DNA from: Octopus sinensis
Taxonomy: Eukaryota
Length of the DNA: 64,000 bases
Assembly (NCBI RefSeq): GCF_006345805.1
Contig: NC_043003.1
Location: 16,492,001-16,556,000 of the forward strand
Reading direction: 5' to 3'
Numbering within the stretch: position 1 is the first letter of the stretch; every line of letters starts with the position of its first letter. The translations under genes and the position numbers were made by a program. This document shows, piece after piece, positions 62,995 to 64,000 of this stretch. The notes under the pieces were generated by a model. That model was not told the origin of the DNA. It did not search any database and saw only the letters and a program-made list of their open reading frames with translations.

Positions 62995-63553
62995 AGGGAG
63001 GGAGAGAAGTAAGCGTTTCTTGTTTCTCTGTGTTTCAGTTACATTTTTTGCTTAACGATATCTTTTATTTTTGATATTCTTCTTATTGTTTTTATATTAT
63101 TCACCCACGGAAAACGGTGAATAATATTGATATGCCCTACATTTATTTTCGTGACCATTTCTATGCCTTCTATTTTATTCAATATTTGACCAAATTAAAT
63201 CCAATTGAGTTCGTTGAAAGGAACCATTGTCAACTAATATCCTATTACATTTTGAGATTTCAGAGATTTTGTTTGATAAGCAAAAATTCTACGATAAAAT
63301 TATGTATTCAAAAACTGGTGAGTGACGCATATTTGCAATTTTAAATCAGTATAGCTTAGATATTTTTGTTTTAGTTGCTATTAGATAAAAGCTGTAAATA
63401 CGAGAAATCTACTTCTCTAAAACTTCTCGAAGTTGGTGCTGCAGAGAAAAAATGCATATGGAACAAAAATATTCAATTTTTAGTTAGATTAAGGCCCAGT
63501 TTCGTCTCTAAAGCTTAATATCTCTAATTCTTTTGAAAAATGTATTTCATATT

Positions 63554-63806
63554 ACTCTTTTACTCTTTTACTAGTTTCAGTCAGTTGACTGCGGCCATGC
63601 TGGAGCACCGTCTTTAGTCGAGCAAATCGACCCCCAGGACTTATTCTTTGTAAGCCTAGTGCTTATTTCATCGGTCTCTTTTGCCGAACCACTAAGTTAC
63701 AGGGACGTAAACACACCAGCATCGGTTGTCAAGCGATGTTGGGGGGGGACAAACACAGACACACAAATACACACACACACACACACACACAAACACATAC
63801 ACACAC

Positions 63807-63887
<81 letters not shown>

Positions 63888-63929
63888 TACGACGGGCTTC
63901 TTTCAGTTTCCGTCTACCAAATCCAAATA
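63554..63929 (-). mobile_element. SINE family B, head missing
   Basis: Similarity to B. Confidence 0.9.
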
Positions 63930-64000
63930 CCATATCGTTTATGTTCATTTGAAAGATATTAATGAGAGAAATCTGTTTCCGTACATCAAGTCAAAAATGT

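Noticed and set aside
265-63962. Dozens of ORFs rich in IY, TH, CV, RE or LS repeats
   Set aside because: They are translations of (TA)n, (CA)n, (GA)n and (TACA)n microsatellites or of SINEs, not genes.

Overview
AT-rich, repeat-saturated eukaryotic DNA, most likely intergenic or intronic sequence from a coleoid cephalopod (Octopus-like). This is inferred from its tRNA-derived SINE families and very high microsatellite density. No host protein-coding gene, true tRNA, rRNA or CRISPR array could be supported, and most ORF-track entries are microsatellite or SINE read-throughs. Recognisable coding remnants are all from transposable elements: a Penelope-like RT/GIY-YIG fragment (9030-10310), a near-complete CR1-type LINE with an inverted 5' half (11259-14908), mariner and Tc1-like transposase relics, an R4/Dong-type fragment in a TAA repeat, and a Tx1/L1-type 3' end with an 18-bp TSD. 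The main signal no ORF explains is a set of minimal type-I hammerhead ribozyme motifs from several unrelated repeat families. They have self-complementary stem III, two occur as inverted pairs, and three share a CCGANGA core variant. Other notable structures are SINE concatemers with a fixed junction at independent loci, two hAT MITEs sharing one 8-bp target site, and a 2.3-kb tandem duplication plus several fold-back inversions that may be real template switches or assembly artefacts. SINE and relic boundaries are approximate (read by eye).
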